Shown piece by piece: positions 46,637-57,500 of a DNA stretch of 64,000 nucleotides. Numbering within the stretch: position 1 is the first letter of the stretch; the number at the start of each line of letters is the position of its first letter. The stretch is from NCBI GenBank assembly GCA_905479655.1, contig CAJQNK010000123.1, positions 26,553 through 90,552 on the forward strand. The letters are read 5' to 3'. The notes beneath the pieces were generated by a model. That model ran no database searches and had not been told where the DNA came from. It was given only the letters and a program-made list of their open reading frames with translations. The DNA comes from an uncultured bacterium (lineage in GTDB: Bacteria > Acidobacteriota > Thermoanaerobaculia > Multivoradales > JAHEKO01). Position numbers and translations under genes: made by a program.

Positions 46637-48046
46637 TCAACGGCCCTCCAGGCCGACGATCTTCTCGACGATCTCGCCCTGCTGGGGGAGCACGCCGCCG
46701 AAGTGCCGGACATTCTCGATTCGGTGGAAGGGTTGCTGGGCGTGGGAGAGGGCGAGTCGCAGCTCGTCCTCGAGCTGACCGGAGCCGGCCTCGACCATCA
46801 CCAGGCCCCGGATGCGTCCCAGGAGAGGCTCCAGATCGTCGATGGGGAAGGGCCAGAGGGAGATCGGTCGGAACAGGCCGGCCTTGATCCCCCGTTCCCG
46901 CAGCGTCCGCACGGCGCCCTTCGCCATGCGAGCCGGGGTGTTGCAGGCCACGATCACCCAGTCGGCGTCCTCGCACTGGTAGAGGTCGGCCCGCTGCTCG
47001 TTGGCGCGCATCGTCGCGTACTTCTCGTTGAGGCGCAGGTTGTGCTGCTCCAGATCGGTCTCGGAGAGGAAGATGGAGCACAGGAGGTTGCGACGGTGGT
47101 CGCGGTCGCCCCAGACCGCCCACTCGGGGAGGCCGGGGCGGATCATGGTGTCGGGCAGCTGCACCCGGCCCGTCATCTGGCCCAGGTAGCCGTCCGCCAC
47201 CAGGACCACCGGGTTGCGGTACCGGAACGCGAGGTCGAACGCCTCCAGGGTGAGGTCCAGCATCTCCTGGGGGGTCGAGGGCGCCAGCACCAGGGCGTGG
47301 GTGTTGCCGTGGCCCAGGCCGCGGCACACGAGCTTGATGTCGCTCTGCTCCGGCGCGATATTGCCCAGGCCGGGGCCGCCCCGCATGACGTTGATGAAGA
47401 CCCCGGGGATCTGGGAGCCGATCATGTAGGAGATCCCCTCCAGCATGAGGCTGAAGCCCGGCGACGAGGTGAAGGTCATGGAGCGCAGGCCCGCGCCGCC
47501 ACAGCCGTACATCATGTTGACGGCCGCGACCTCGCTCACCGCCTGGAGGAAGACGCCGTCGAGCTCGGGCAGGAGCTTGGCCATGAGCTCGGCTCCCTCC
47601 GTCGACGGGGTGATCGGATAGCCGAAGAAGTGTCGGCAGCCGGCCAGGAGCGCGCCCACGGCGGCGGCGTGATTGCCCTTGAGCACCATCGTCTCTAGGC
47701 GGGGCAGCTCGACCGTCGTGTTCGGGATATCCCGGGGCTCGGGCGCCTCGGTGAGACGTGGGCCGAACAGCGCCTCGGGATCGAGCAGCTCGAAGTCGAC
47801 CTCCTCGGTGGGCTCGGGCATCAGGCCGAACGGCTCGGGGCACGCGGTGATGCACAGACCGCAGGTGTTGCACTCGTCCAGGTTCACGACCACGGGCGTG
47901 AAGCCGGTGGCGGGGTCGATCTCCGTACCGAGCTCGATGCAGTGCTTCGGGCAGGCCTCGATACAGCGACCGCAGGCCTTGCAGAATTCCGGGAAGAGGA
48001 ACGGCTTGGGCCGAACCTTCTTGGGGGTCTTGGCCGTCTTCGTCAT
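46637..48046 (-). CDS. 2-oxoacid:ferredoxin oxidoreductase alpha subunit with N-terminal 2x[4Fe-4S] ferredoxin (delta-like) domain
   Basis: ATG 48046 after AGGAAAG; CKACGRCIEACP and CNTCGLCITACP clusters followed by the alpha-subunit core (GYPITPSTE). Confidence 0.8.
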   Translation of the reverse strand: MTKTAKTPKKVRPKPFLFPEFCKACGRCIEACPKHCIELGTEIDPATGFTPVVVNLDECNTCGLCITACPEPFGLMPEPTEEVDFELLDPEALFGPRLTEAPEPRDIPNTTVELPRLETMVLKGNHAAAVGALLAGCRHFFGYPITPSTEGAELMAKLLPELDGVFLQAVSEVAAVNMMYGCGGAGLRSMTFTSSPGFSLMLEGISYMIGSQIPGVFINVMRGGPGLGNIAPEQSDIKLVCRGLGHGNTHALVLAPSTPQEMLDLTLEAFDLAFRYRNPVVLVADGYLGQMTGRVQLPDTMIRPGLPEWAVWGDRDHRRNLLCSIFLSETDLEQHNLRLNEKYATMRANEQRADLYQCEDADWVIVACNTPARMAKGAVRTLRERGIKAGLFRPISLWPFPIDDLEPLLGRIRGLVMVEAGSGQLEDELRLALSHAQQPFHRIENVRHFGGVLPQQGEIVEKIVGLEGR

Positions 48047-48266
48047 CGTCTTTCCTGATCTGATTGGCGGGTCGTCGCCGGACCGGCCCCGGCCCTCGAG
48101 TACGGCGGGAGAGGGCGACCGCACGGCGCGGTGGGGTCGGATCGACGGCTCCTTCTCAATGCTAGAGACGAGGCCGGCGAAAGTGACCACCCGACAGGGC
48201 GGTTGGGGCGACGCGGACGGATGGGGCCGCCGCTGGCCCCGGCGACCGTCCGCGCCGGGGCTGGGG

Positions 48267-48998
48267 TCAGTCGGTCTTCGCTCGTCCGCGGACGACGGAG
48301 ACCACGAGGCTCGCGGCCTCCTCGATCCCGACCCGGTCCCGCTGGATCACCAGGTCGTAGTGCAGCGGGTCGTCGGCGTCGCGGTCGTAGTAGCGGCGCA
48401 CGAAGTCGTCGCGCCCACGATCGGTCTGACGCAACTTGCGCCTCGCCTCGCGCAGCGTGAGGTCATGGCGCTTCGCCACCCGGGCCGCGCGGACCTCGAT
48501 GTCGCCCACCAGGCGGATCGCGGTGCCGCGGTCCGGCGGCAGCAGGAACTGGGCCCCTCGGCCGACGAAGACGGCGGAGCTGTGCTGCGCGGCCAGCAGG
48601 ATGATGCGGGCGAGGTGGACCGCGTACTCCGTCTGGGTCACGGAACGCTGGTCGAGCCACTTGGCGAAGATCTCGTGGATCCAGTTGGCGGTGGTCTCGT
48701 CCACGAGCTCCAGCATCCGCCGTGGCAGCTGGTAGCGCCGCGCCATGAAGCTGAGCAGCTCCCGGTCGAGGACCTCCCAACCCAGCTCATCGGCCACCCG
48801 CCGCGCGAGGGCCGACCCGTCCGTACCCGACTGCCGGGAGATGGCCAGCCAGGGACTGAAGTACTGGGCCAGCGGCCGCTTCTTGCGCCCCTCCCTCTGG
48901 AGACGGCGGGCCACCTCGCCCTCGAGCGTCCAGAGCTTCATCTTCCGCTCGGCTGCCCGTTCCAGAATGCGCCGTTCCTCGGTGGGGCGAGCGGACAT
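48267..48998 (-). CDS. Cytidylate-kinase-like family protein (P-loop NTPase)
   Basis: ISRQSGTDGSALARRV P-loop-like start, ~240 aa. Confidence 0.6.
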   Translation of the reverse strand: MSARPTEERRILERAAERKMKLWTLEGEVARRLQREGRKKRPLAQYFSPWLAISRQSGTDGSALARRVADELGWEVLDRELLSFMARRYQLPRRMLELVDETTANWIHEIFAKWLDQRSVTQTEYAVHLARIILLAAQHSSAVFVGRGAQFLLPPDRGTAIRLVGDIEVRAARVAKRHDLTLREARRKLRQTDRGRDDFVRRYYDRDADDPLHYDLVIQRDRVGIEEAASLVVSVVRGRAKTD

Positions 48999-49291
48999 GG
49001 GTACCCTCCTTCCCGGAGTCCTCGCGACCGGTCGGAGGCGGGCCTGGTCACGAACCGGGCAACGCTTCCCGAATCGTCGGGCGCTCGCGGGCGCCGGGCG
49101 CGGGTTCAAGACGATTCTACCCCTCCGCCGGCTCCGGGTCACCTTGCTTTCGTCATCGACGACCGACTGGCGTTTCGCGGCCGGCGACCGGCGGGTTAGC
49201 ATGAGCGGCCAGCCGTTCACCCCCCGGGATGAACCTCGAGCCCCGTGGGTCGTATACCTCGGCTGGGAGCCCGCAGTGGGTCGGGCAGCAC

Positions 49292-49381
49292 ATGATGAAG
49301 CACCTCCACCAGGCCGACGCCGAGACCGCCCGGAAGGCCGAGGGGAAGGACGGAACGAAGGTGTCGGGCGGGGGCGACTGA
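49292..49381 (+). CDS. Possible 29-codon small ORF (MMKHLHQADAETARKAEGKDGTKVSGGGD) ending 4 nt before the M50 protease start
   Basis: High GC3 (25/27 codons); no homology assessment possible. Confidence 0.15.
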   Translation: MMKHLHQADAETARKAEGKDGTKVSGGGD

Positions 49382-49385
49382 GCCG

Positions 49386-50099
49386 ATGGCCGCGATCCTG
49401 GGGTACCTGGTCATCGTCCTGCTCCTCGGAGCGCTCGTCCTGTTGCACGAGCTGGGGCACCTGCTCGCGGCCCGGGGGGTCGGCATCCCGGTCGCGCAGT
49501 TCTCCGTGGGCTTCGGCCCCGCGGTGTGGCGGCGCCGGTGGCGGGGAACGGAGTGGTGCCTGCGCATCGTGCCCCTCGGCGGGTACGTCGTCCCGTCCCT
49601 GGAAGAAGAGGAGTTTCGCAGCGTTCCCCTCGGGCGGCAGCTGACGTTCTTCCTCGGCGGGCCGGTGGCGAACCTGCTCGGCGCCGTGGGGCTCGCCTGC
49701 GCGCTGCAGCTCGCGAGGGAGGGCTGGTCGCTGTCTCTGCTGTGGCAGCCCATCGTCGAGACCTTCCGCTTCACCTGGGCGGTTCTCGGCTCCCTGTCGA
49801 CGCTCGCGGATCACCCGGAGACCGTCTCCGGTCCGATCGGGATCATCGCCCAGGGTTCCGGCTACGTCGTGGCCGGTGCGGGGGTCGAGCTGGCCCTGGC
49901 TCTCTCCGTCTCCCTCGCGATCCTGAACCTCCTGCCGGTGCCGATTCTCGACGGCGGCCAGATCGTCCTCGCCGGTCTCGAGGCGGCCTTCCCCCGGGTC
50001 GAGCGCCTGCGGCCGGCGCTGACCGTCGTGGGACTCGTTCTGGTCGGTGGCCTGATGCTCTTCGCGACCTGGCAGGACCTCGCCCGGCTGCTCACCTGA
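49386..50099 (+). CDS. Site-2 protease family (M50) membrane metalloprotease, no PDZ domain
   Basis: HELGH zinc motif in the first TM region, ...LNLLPVPILDGG... LDG motif. Confidence 0.8.
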   Translation: MAAILGYLVIVLLLGALVLLHELGHLLAARGVGIPVAQFSVGFGPAVWRRRWRGTEWCLRIVPLGGYVVPSLEEEEFRSVPLGRQLTFFLGGPVANLLGAVGLACALQLAREGWSLSLLWQPIVETFRFTWAVLGSLSTLADHPETVSGPIGIIAQGSGYVVAGAGVELALALSVSLAILNLLPVPILDGGQIVLAGLEAAFPRVERLRPALTVVGLVLVGGLMLFATWQDLARLLT

Positions 50100-50119
50100 G
50101 CCGGGCGGGAAGCGGTGGC

Positions 50120-52006
50120 CTACCGGGCGCCGCCGACGGAGGCGGGGCGCTCCACGAGCAGGTCGTCGACCCAGGCCTCGGAGCCCGCGGCGCCGAGGCT
50201 GAAGGCGGTCGTGCCCCATACGGCTCCGTACTCCGGCTCCGGGCCGGAGACGACCTCCGTGCCGTCCACCAGGACGCGCACCGTGGCACCGTCGGATTCG
50301 AGGCGGACGGTATGCCACACGTCGAGCCCGAAGGCGAAGTCGGCGGCACCGAGCTCGGTGACACCCTCCAGCGTCGAGCGGGTGAGGGTCAGGCGGTCGG
50401 CGCTGATTCTGGCCGTGTAGCCCTGGAGGAGGGCCTGGTAGGCGGCCGTGGAGAACAACGCCTCGCCGGCGACGAGCTTGACGCGGGCCTCCGCGGAGTA
50501 GGAGCGCAGGGGCGCGAAGATCAGGAGGGCCAACGGACTCCCGCCGCTGCCCAGGGTGCCGTGCAGCGCGCGGTTGGCTCCGTCGCCCTCCGGTACGAAC
50601 TCCCAGCGGTTGCCGCCGCCGTAGAGCTGGAACCAGGCGCCCGTCTCCACGGGGTCTTCGAAGTCGCTCTCGAAGAGGATCCCGGTCGGCTCATCCGCCG
50701 GCCAGACCTGCTCGGCCCGTCGGCTCAGAGTCAGCAGCTCGGCCTCCATCTCCGCCGCCAGGTCGGGGTCGGAAAGGGCGAGATCCAGCTCCTCGAGAGG
50801 GTCGGCATCGAGATCGTAGAGCTCGATCCCCGCGTCGGGGAGGAGGGCCTCCCCGCCATGGATGAGCTTCAGGTTCTCCCGCTCGTAGCTGCGGGTGATC
50901 TCGTCGTGTGCGACCCGGCGGGGCGGTCGCGGGTCGACGAGCAGGCTCTTGCCCTGAAGACCGCCCGGCGCCGGGATGCCCAGGCCCTGGAGGATGGTCG
51001 GCATGAGGTCGAGGTGGTCGGCGTTGCCGCCCAGCGTGACCCCCCGCAGCCCGCTCCAGATCGCAGCGCCCGACCGCGGCGGCACCACGAGCAACGGCAC
51101 CCGGGTGTTGCCGTCGTACTGCCCCTCGTGGCAGAAGTAGTAGCCGCGCTCCCCGGCGAGCTCCTCGCCGTGGTCCGCCGTGACGATGACGAGCGTGTTC
51201 TCGCGCAGCCCCTGCGCCTCCAGCACGTCGAAGACCTGCCGGAGCTGGTCGTCGATGTATGCGAGGAGCCCGTCGTACTGGGCGACGTACCAGTCCATGC
51301 TCACGATGTCGTCGATCACGGCGGTCGGCTTCATCCCGCCGATGCAGTCCGAGGAGATGCCGGGGACGTCACCCAGGCCGCCGTAGTACGGGTCGTCGAC
51401 GAACAGGGTGTCGTAGGGCGCGGGCGCGACGTAGGGGGCGTGGGGCCCGATGGGCTGGGCATGGACGAAGAACGGTCGTCGGGCCGGGTCCTCGAGGACG
51501 GCGACGAGCTGGTCGGTGTGGTTCTGGTCGGGGCGCGGGGTCAGGACCGTCGTCTCGTAGACGCGCGCCATCCGCGACGCCGGCGTCAGCACCGAGTTGC
51601 TGGTGATCGCCGTGGTGCTGTAGCCGTGCTCCGCGAGGAGCTCGGGAAGGGTCTTCCAGGCCGGGCTGATGGAGAGCTCCTGGGCGTAGACCTTGTGGGT
51701 CGTGACCGTCCGCGAGGTCAGGATCGAGGAGACGCTGGGCCAGGTCCAGGTGGAGGAGGAGTGGAAGTCCGTCCACAGGGCGCCCTCCGCCGCCAGGCTC
51801 TCCAGGAACGGCGTCGTCCGGCGCTCATAGCCGTAGAGGCTGAAGTGGTCGGCCCGCGCCGTGTCGATGACGTAGAGGAGGACGTTGAGCGCTCCCCGGT
51901 CGAGAGCGGGCTCGGTGAGCCCAGGGGCGGCGCTGGCTGCACCGGCCGTCAGGCAGCAAGCGACCGCCAGGTGGACGGTGGCGACGCGGCGGATCTTGGA
52001 GTTCAT
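50120..52006 (-). CDS. Secreted sulfatase-fold protein with Thr in place of formylglycine Cys, plus C-terminal beta-sandwich (ConA/LamG-like) domain
   Basis: Signal peptide; LLYVIDTARADHF and SSSTWTWPSVSSILTS (T-W-P-S-V at the C-x-P-x-R position); VTADHGE. Confidence 0.75.
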   Translation of the reverse strand: MNSKIRRVATVHLAVACCLTAGAASAAPGLTEPALDRGALNVLLYVIDTARADHFSLYGYERRTTPFLESLAAEGALWTDFHSSSTWTWPSVSSILTSRTVTTHKVYAQELSISPAWKTLPELLAEHGYSTTAITSNSVLTPASRMARVYETTVLTPRPDQNHTDQLVAVLEDPARRPFFVHAQPIGPHAPYVAPAPYDTLFVDDPYYGGLGDVPGISSDCIGGMKPTAVIDDIVSMDWYVAQYDGLLAYIDDQLRQVFDVLEAQGLRENTLVIVTADHGEELAGERGYYFCHEGQYDGNTRVPLLVVPPRSGAAIWSGLRGVTLGGNADHLDLMPTILQGLGIPAPGGLQGKSLLVDPRPPRRVAHDEITRSYERENLKLIHGGEALLPDAGIELYDLDADPLEELDLALSDPDLAAEMEAELLTLSRRAEQVWPADEPTGILFESDFEDPVETGAWFQLYGGGNRWEFVPEGDGANRALHGTLGSGGSPLALLIFAPLRSYSAEARVKLVAGEALFSTAAYQALLQGYTARISADRLTLTRSTLEGVTELGAADFAFGLDVWHTVRLESDGATVRVLVDGTEVVSGPEPEYGAVWGTTAFSLGAAGSEAWVDDLLVERPASVGGAR

Positions 52007-52084
52007 GGCACGGGTCCTCTCTGGGGGTGGGTCGCTTCGACGCAGGCAACGACTTCCCGCACGGTACTCTCGGCCGGCTTCCCT

Positions 52085-54217
52085 CTACGGCTCGCGCAGA
52101 AGCCGAAGCGCCTCGAGTTCCTCGGCGCTGCCGGGCGCGAGCTCGGCAACCCGCCGGAGATGCCGCCGGCCTTCCTCGACGGCGCCGGTCGCCAGCTCGG
52201 CGCGGCCCAGGCGCAGGAGGATCGAGACGCTCGAGGGCGCCAGCTCCGCGGCGCGGCGGTAGCGCCCCGCCGCCTCTGCCCCTGAGCCGGTGCGCTCGGC
52301 GTGGTCGCCCCAGAGAACCCAGGCCATCGCCCACTTCGGCGTCAGCTCGGTGGCGGTCGCGAAGTGGCGCTCCGCGGCGGCGGATCGTCCGCCGGCCATC
52401 TCGATCTGTCCCAGTCGGGCGTGGATGGCCGCGCTCTCCGTCCCGGCCTCCACCGCCGACAGCAGGAGCTCGCGCTCCCGGTCCGGCCGGCCGCTGCGTA
52501 GCGCGATCTCCCCCAGGCCGAGCCAGGCCCGTGCGGAGCGGGGATCGAGCTCGAGGACGGTCTCGAGAGTGTCGCGGGCGTCGTCGGTCCGGCCGAGGGC
52601 GAGGAGAGCCTCGGCCAGGTGGAGGTGAAGGAACTCGAGACGCGGGTTGAGCTCGACGGCTCTGCGCAGGGTGGCGAGTGCCGCCTCGCCCTGGCCCGCC
52701 GCGCGCTCGGCGCCGGCGAGATGGGTGAGGAAGGGGATGGTGTCGGGGCTCCGGCGCACCAGGTCCCGAAGGGCGGCGACCGCGGGCCCGGGGTGGCCGG
52801 CTCGGAGGAGTTGGCGGGCCTCGTCGAGCTCCGCGAGCATCTTCACTCCGTCCTTCGGATCAATCGAACCGCCTTCCGGCGAGCCGCCGGTGAGGTAGCC
52901 GAGGGCCCGCAGATCGGCGGCCAGACCGGCGTCGATCGGCTCGGCGGCCGGTGCGGACTCCGCTCGCGGCCCCTCGAGCGCCGCGAGCTCGCTCTCGAGC
53001 CGCTCGGCGACCTCGGGCTCCTCGCGCACCCGGTTCGAGGTCTCGTCCGGGTCGGCCGCCAGGTCGTAGAGCTCCAGGCCGGGTCCGCGGATGAGACGCC
53101 ACGACCCGTCCGTGATCGCGGTGAGCGGGCTCCATCCGTAGGCGGTCGCCGGCAGTCGCGTCTCGCTGAAAATCGGCCGGGGGGAGGGATCCGCGCCGGT
53201 CGACGGCAGCCCGGGCAGGGGCACGCCGAGGCCGGGCGCCTCCGCCGTGAGGCCGAGAAGGCAGAGGAGCGTGGGAGCCAGGCGTCGGGACGCGACCGTC
53301 TGCTCCACGACCCGGCCGGACGGAACCCCGGGTCCGGCGACGATCAGGGGCACCGCGAGCGTGGCGCCGTGGAGGAAGAGCCCGTGGGTCCGCTCGCCGT
53401 GCTCGCCGAGCGACTCGCCATGGTCGCCCACCGCCGCTACGATCGTGCTCCGACCGTCCTCGGGAAGAGCGGCCAGGAGACGGGCGATCTGGCTGTCCAC
53501 GTAGGCGATCTCGCCCGCGTAGCCCGCCTCCGGAGTGGCGTCGCGCCACGGCTCGGGCGGGGAGTAGGGGGCGTGGGGATCGTAGTAGTGGACCCAGAGG
53601 AAGAAGGGACGGCCCGCACTCCGCCGGGCGAGCCAGTCGAGGGCCCGGGAGGTCACGGCCTCGGCATCGCGCTCGGGGTATCCGTACTCGCCGACCTCCT
53701 CCGCGGTCATCCGGTCGTCGTAGGTGGCGAATCCCGCGGCGAGGCCGAACCGGCGGTCGAGCACCCGCGAGGCCACGAACGCCCCGGTGTCGTACCCCTC
53801 GGCCGCCAGGACCGTCGCCAGCGTGGGTACTCCGGGGGTGAGGACACTGGTGCCGTTGTCGCGCGCGCCGTGCGCGGGAGGCGCGAGGCCGCTCAGCAGG
53901 GAGGCGTGAGACGGGAGCGTGAGGGGTGAAGACGAGACGGCGTCGGACCACCGGGTGCCGCGGGCGGCGACCGCGTCGAGGGTCGGCGTGCGAGCCTCCG
54001 CATTGCCGTAGATCCCGAGGGCGTCGGCACGGGTGGTGTCGAGGGTCAGGAGCAGCAGGTGCGGGGCGGCGACCGCCGCCGGCTCGCTCGATCGCGCGGA
54101 AGCTGATGGCGCCGGCGGCACCGCCGCCATCAGCACCGCTGCCAGCAACGCCGCCAGCAGCATCGGGGGCCGGTGGGCCGGTCTTCGCCGGCAGTCGCGG
54201 GGGGCCGTCGTCGTCAT
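52085..54217 (-). CDS. Secreted sulfatase-fold protein (Thr at FGly position) fused to a C-terminal TPR array
   Basis: LLLTLDTTRADALG, SSSPLTLPSHASLLSG (T-L-P-S-H), VGDHGESLGEHGE; about 9 TPR-like helices at the C-terminus. Confidence 0.75.
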   Translation of the reverse strand: MTTTAPRDCRRRPAHRPPMLLAALLAAVLMAAVPPAPSASARSSEPAAVAAPHLLLLTLDTTRADALGIYGNAEARTPTLDAVAARGTRWSDAVSSSPLTLPSHASLLSGLAPPAHGARDNGTSVLTPGVPTLATVLAAEGYDTGAFVASRVLDRRFGLAAGFATYDDRMTAEEVGEYGYPERDAEAVTSRALDWLARRSAGRPFFLWVHYYDPHAPYSPPEPWRDATPEAGYAGEIAYVDSQIARLLAALPEDGRSTIVAAVGDHGESLGEHGERTHGLFLHGATLAVPLIVAGPGVPSGRVVEQTVASRRLAPTLLCLLGLTAEAPGLGVPLPGLPSTGADPSPRPIFSETRLPATAYGWSPLTAITDGSWRLIRGPGLELYDLAADPDETSNRVREEPEVAERLESELAALEGPRAESAPAAEPIDAGLAADLRALGYLTGGSPEGGSIDPKDGVKMLAELDEARQLLRAGHPGPAVAALRDLVRRSPDTIPFLTHLAGAERAAGQGEAALATLRRAVELNPRLEFLHLHLAEALLALGRTDDARDTLETVLELDPRSARAWLGLGEIALRSGRPDRERELLLSAVEAGTESAAIHARLGQIEMAGGRSAAAERHFATATELTPKWAMAWVLWGDHAERTGSGAEAAGRYRRAAELAPSSVSILLRLGRAELATGAVEEGRRHLRRVAELAPGSAEELEALRLLREP

Positions 54218-54517
54218 CCTCTGCTCTCGGCGTCGAGGGGTTCCGTCGGGCTCGGGCGAGCGCGCCGTCGGACGCGGAAGCGGGCCACCCGGCGGACGGG
54301 CGCCGATTATACCCGGGGGCCCGAGACCGCCTCGAAATAGAGCTTTCGTTCCTCTCCCTTTGTTTGGTAAGGTTGTTCAATTCCTGAGAACCGGTCGACG
54401 CGATGTAGGTGATCCGCTACCGCTGCCCGAGTCCTTCGCGGAGGACGGGGGTGATCCGGACCCTCCGGAGTCGAGTGCCCTGCCGCGCCGACCACCCTGA
54501 GAGAAAGAGGAGGCTCC

Positions 54518-57500
54518 ATGCGAGCGAGTCGTCGAGGATCTGCCTGGTCCGTCTGTCTTCTGGTTGCGGTCGTGTTTTCGGCCGTGCCGGCTCCGGCTGC
54601 GATCCAGCCGGAGAGAAGCCCCGAGATTGCCGCGCTCGAGCTGTACAGCTCCGAGCTCAACGTGCGCAACGTCTACCAGGAGGTGGGCCAGCTCCCGGGC
54701 AGCCTCGCCTCCGCGGCGCAGGGGGACCTGTTGGCTCTCGGGTTGACTCCCGAGCGCGCGCGGATCGACCGCCGCACGGGTCGCTGGGGGACGCTCCTCC
54801 TCTCCCGTCCCCTGATCCCCGGCAGCGGCGTCGGCAACGACCTCCGCTGGGACGAGGCTCCGCGCAACGATGCGGCTCTTCAGGCCCGGGTCTGGACGGC
54901 CTTCGCCGCCTTCCTCGACGCGCACCGCGGTGAGCTGCGGGTCGATCGGTCCGAGATGCCCAACCCGGGCCGTGTCACCGTCCACGAGGACGGCAACGTG
55001 ATCCAGATCTACGCCCCGCGCGTGATCGACGGCATCCCGGTGCGTGACAGCTACATCAACGCGGTGGTCAACCACGGCAACCTGGTGCTCGTGGGCGTGA
55101 ACAACTGGGGTGACGTCCGCTCCTCGGTGCAGCCCTCGGTGAGCCCGGAGGCGGCGCGTCGCGTCGTGGACGAGCACGTCGGAGACGTCCGGGTCCGGGG
55201 CCTCTGGCGGGGTACCTCGCTGATCATCCTGCCGCTGGCCCGTGGCGCCGACAGCGCGCGAGTGGAGCCGGGGCGTGGTCTCGACCACCGTCTGGCGTGG
55301 GTCGTGCGGCCGCTGCTGGCGGGGGACCAGGGCCGCTGGGAGGCGTTGGTCGACGCCGAGACCGGGAGGCTCCTCGCTTTCCAGGACACCCAGCACTACG
55401 CTTCGGCCCGTCTCGTCCAGGGTGGCGCCTACCCGGTGTCGAACGACGGCGCTCCGCCCGACGGAGTCGAGGTGCTCGGCACGCCGATGCCCTTCGACAG
55501 CGTGGTCACCGAGGTCGGGACGCTGGTCACCGATTCGGGTGGCAACCTGCCGCTGGCGGTCGACGGCAACATCACGTCGTCGCTGGACGGGCAGTACGTC
55601 AGGATGGCCGACGTCTGCGGCGCGATCAGCCTGACCTCCGGGGGCGACCTCGACTTCGGCGGCTCGGGCGGAGACGACTGCACCACGCCGGGATTCGGCG
55701 GCGCCGGGAACACCCACTCGTCGCGCTCGGGCTTCTACGAGCTCAACCGGATCAAGGAGCAGGCGCGCGGCTGGCTGCCCGCCAATGGGTGGCTCATGGG
55801 TACGCTGACCGCCAACATGAACATCAACTCCAGTTGCAACGCCTTCTGGAGCGGCTCGACGGTGAACTTCTACCGCTCCGGCGGTGGCTGTGGCAACACC
55901 GGTGAGCTCGCCGGCGTTTTCGACCACGAGTGGGGCCACGGCATGGACGACAACGACGCCGTTCCCTCGATCTCGAATCCGGGCGAGGGCATCGCGGACG
56001 TCTACGCCGGCCTGCGTCTCGATACGTCCTGCATCGGCCGCGGGTTCTTCTCCAGCAACTGCGGCGGCTACGGCGACCCCTGCATCGCCTGCACGGGCAT
56101 CCGCGACATCGACTGGGCCAAGCGCGTTTCGGGGGTACCGCACGACATCGCCTGGATCGACGCCAACTGCGGCGGCGGTCCCGCGCCCTGCGGCGGCATC
56201 GTCCATTGCGAGGGGGCCGTGTACTCCGAGGCGGTATGGGACACGTACACGCGAACCCTGCCGAACCAGAGCGGCCTCGATCCCAACACGGCGTTGGAGG
56301 CGACCACGCGGCTGACGTTCCTGGGCGCGGGTGGCGTCGGGAGCTGGTACCAGTGCTCCGCGCCGTTCGGCGGCTGCAACGGGAGCGGTGGCTACCTCAA
56401 CTACCTGGCCGCCGACGACGACGACGGTGACCTGAACAACGGCACGCCGCACATGACCGCTCTGTTCAATGCGTTCGACCTGCACGACATCGCGTGCAAC
56501 ACCCCGGTGGTGCAGGACTCGGGTTGCGTGGGCACCCCGACGTCGGCGCCCATCGTGACCTCGTCGCCCGCCGACAAGTCGGTCGCCCTGTCCTGGGACC
56601 CCGTCGCCGACGCGACGGAGTACCAGGTCTTCCGCGGCGAGGGCGTCTTCCAGTGCGACTTCGGCAAGGTGAAGATCGGGGAGACCACGGGGACGAGCTT
56701 CATGGACACGGGCCTGCAGAATGGGCGCGAGTACTCCTACGTGGTGATCCCGATGGGCTCCGCCGACACCTGCTGGGGGCCGGCCTCGAGCTGCACGGTC
56801 GAGACCCCGGTGAGCGGTCCGAACCTGTCGGTCGACCCGGGCTCGCTGGTCCTCACCTTCAACACGGGTGACGGCGACGACTTCATCGACAACTGCGAGT
56901 CGGCGACCGGCACCTTCACGGTGACCAACACCGGTCTCGGAGGTCTGACCAACGTGAACCTCGAGTCGATGGTCTCCACGTCGCACCCGCTGGTGTCGAT
57001 CGACGCCGTGGGCATGATCACCCCGGACATCCTGGCCGAGGGCGAGAGCGCCACCGGGACCTTCGACTTCACCGCCAAGGGCCTCGCCCACCTCGACACG
57101 CTGTTCTTCGAGGCGACGGTGACGGCGACGGAGATCGCGGGCGACCGGACCGGCAGCGTATCGACCGGCTCGGCCGAGAGCGATGCCGAGTTCGTCGCCG
57201 CCATCACCTACGACTTCGAGGCCGATACCAACGGCTGGGAGGTGATCTCCGGGACGTTCGACCGCACGGACGCGAGCGGCGGTGGCGCCAACGGCACTGC
57301 CTTCTACGAGCAGTCCTCGTCCTTCCTCGAGGACCAGTGCGACCACATCCGGTCGCCCGTCGTCTCGTTGTCGCCCACGTCGACACTGAGCCTCTCGACC
57401 CGCTTCGACATCGAGGCGGAGTTCACCCCGGGGGTCTGGTACGACCGCGCCAACGTCGGTCTGTACGACCTCGGGACCGGGTCGCGGACGCTGGTCACGC

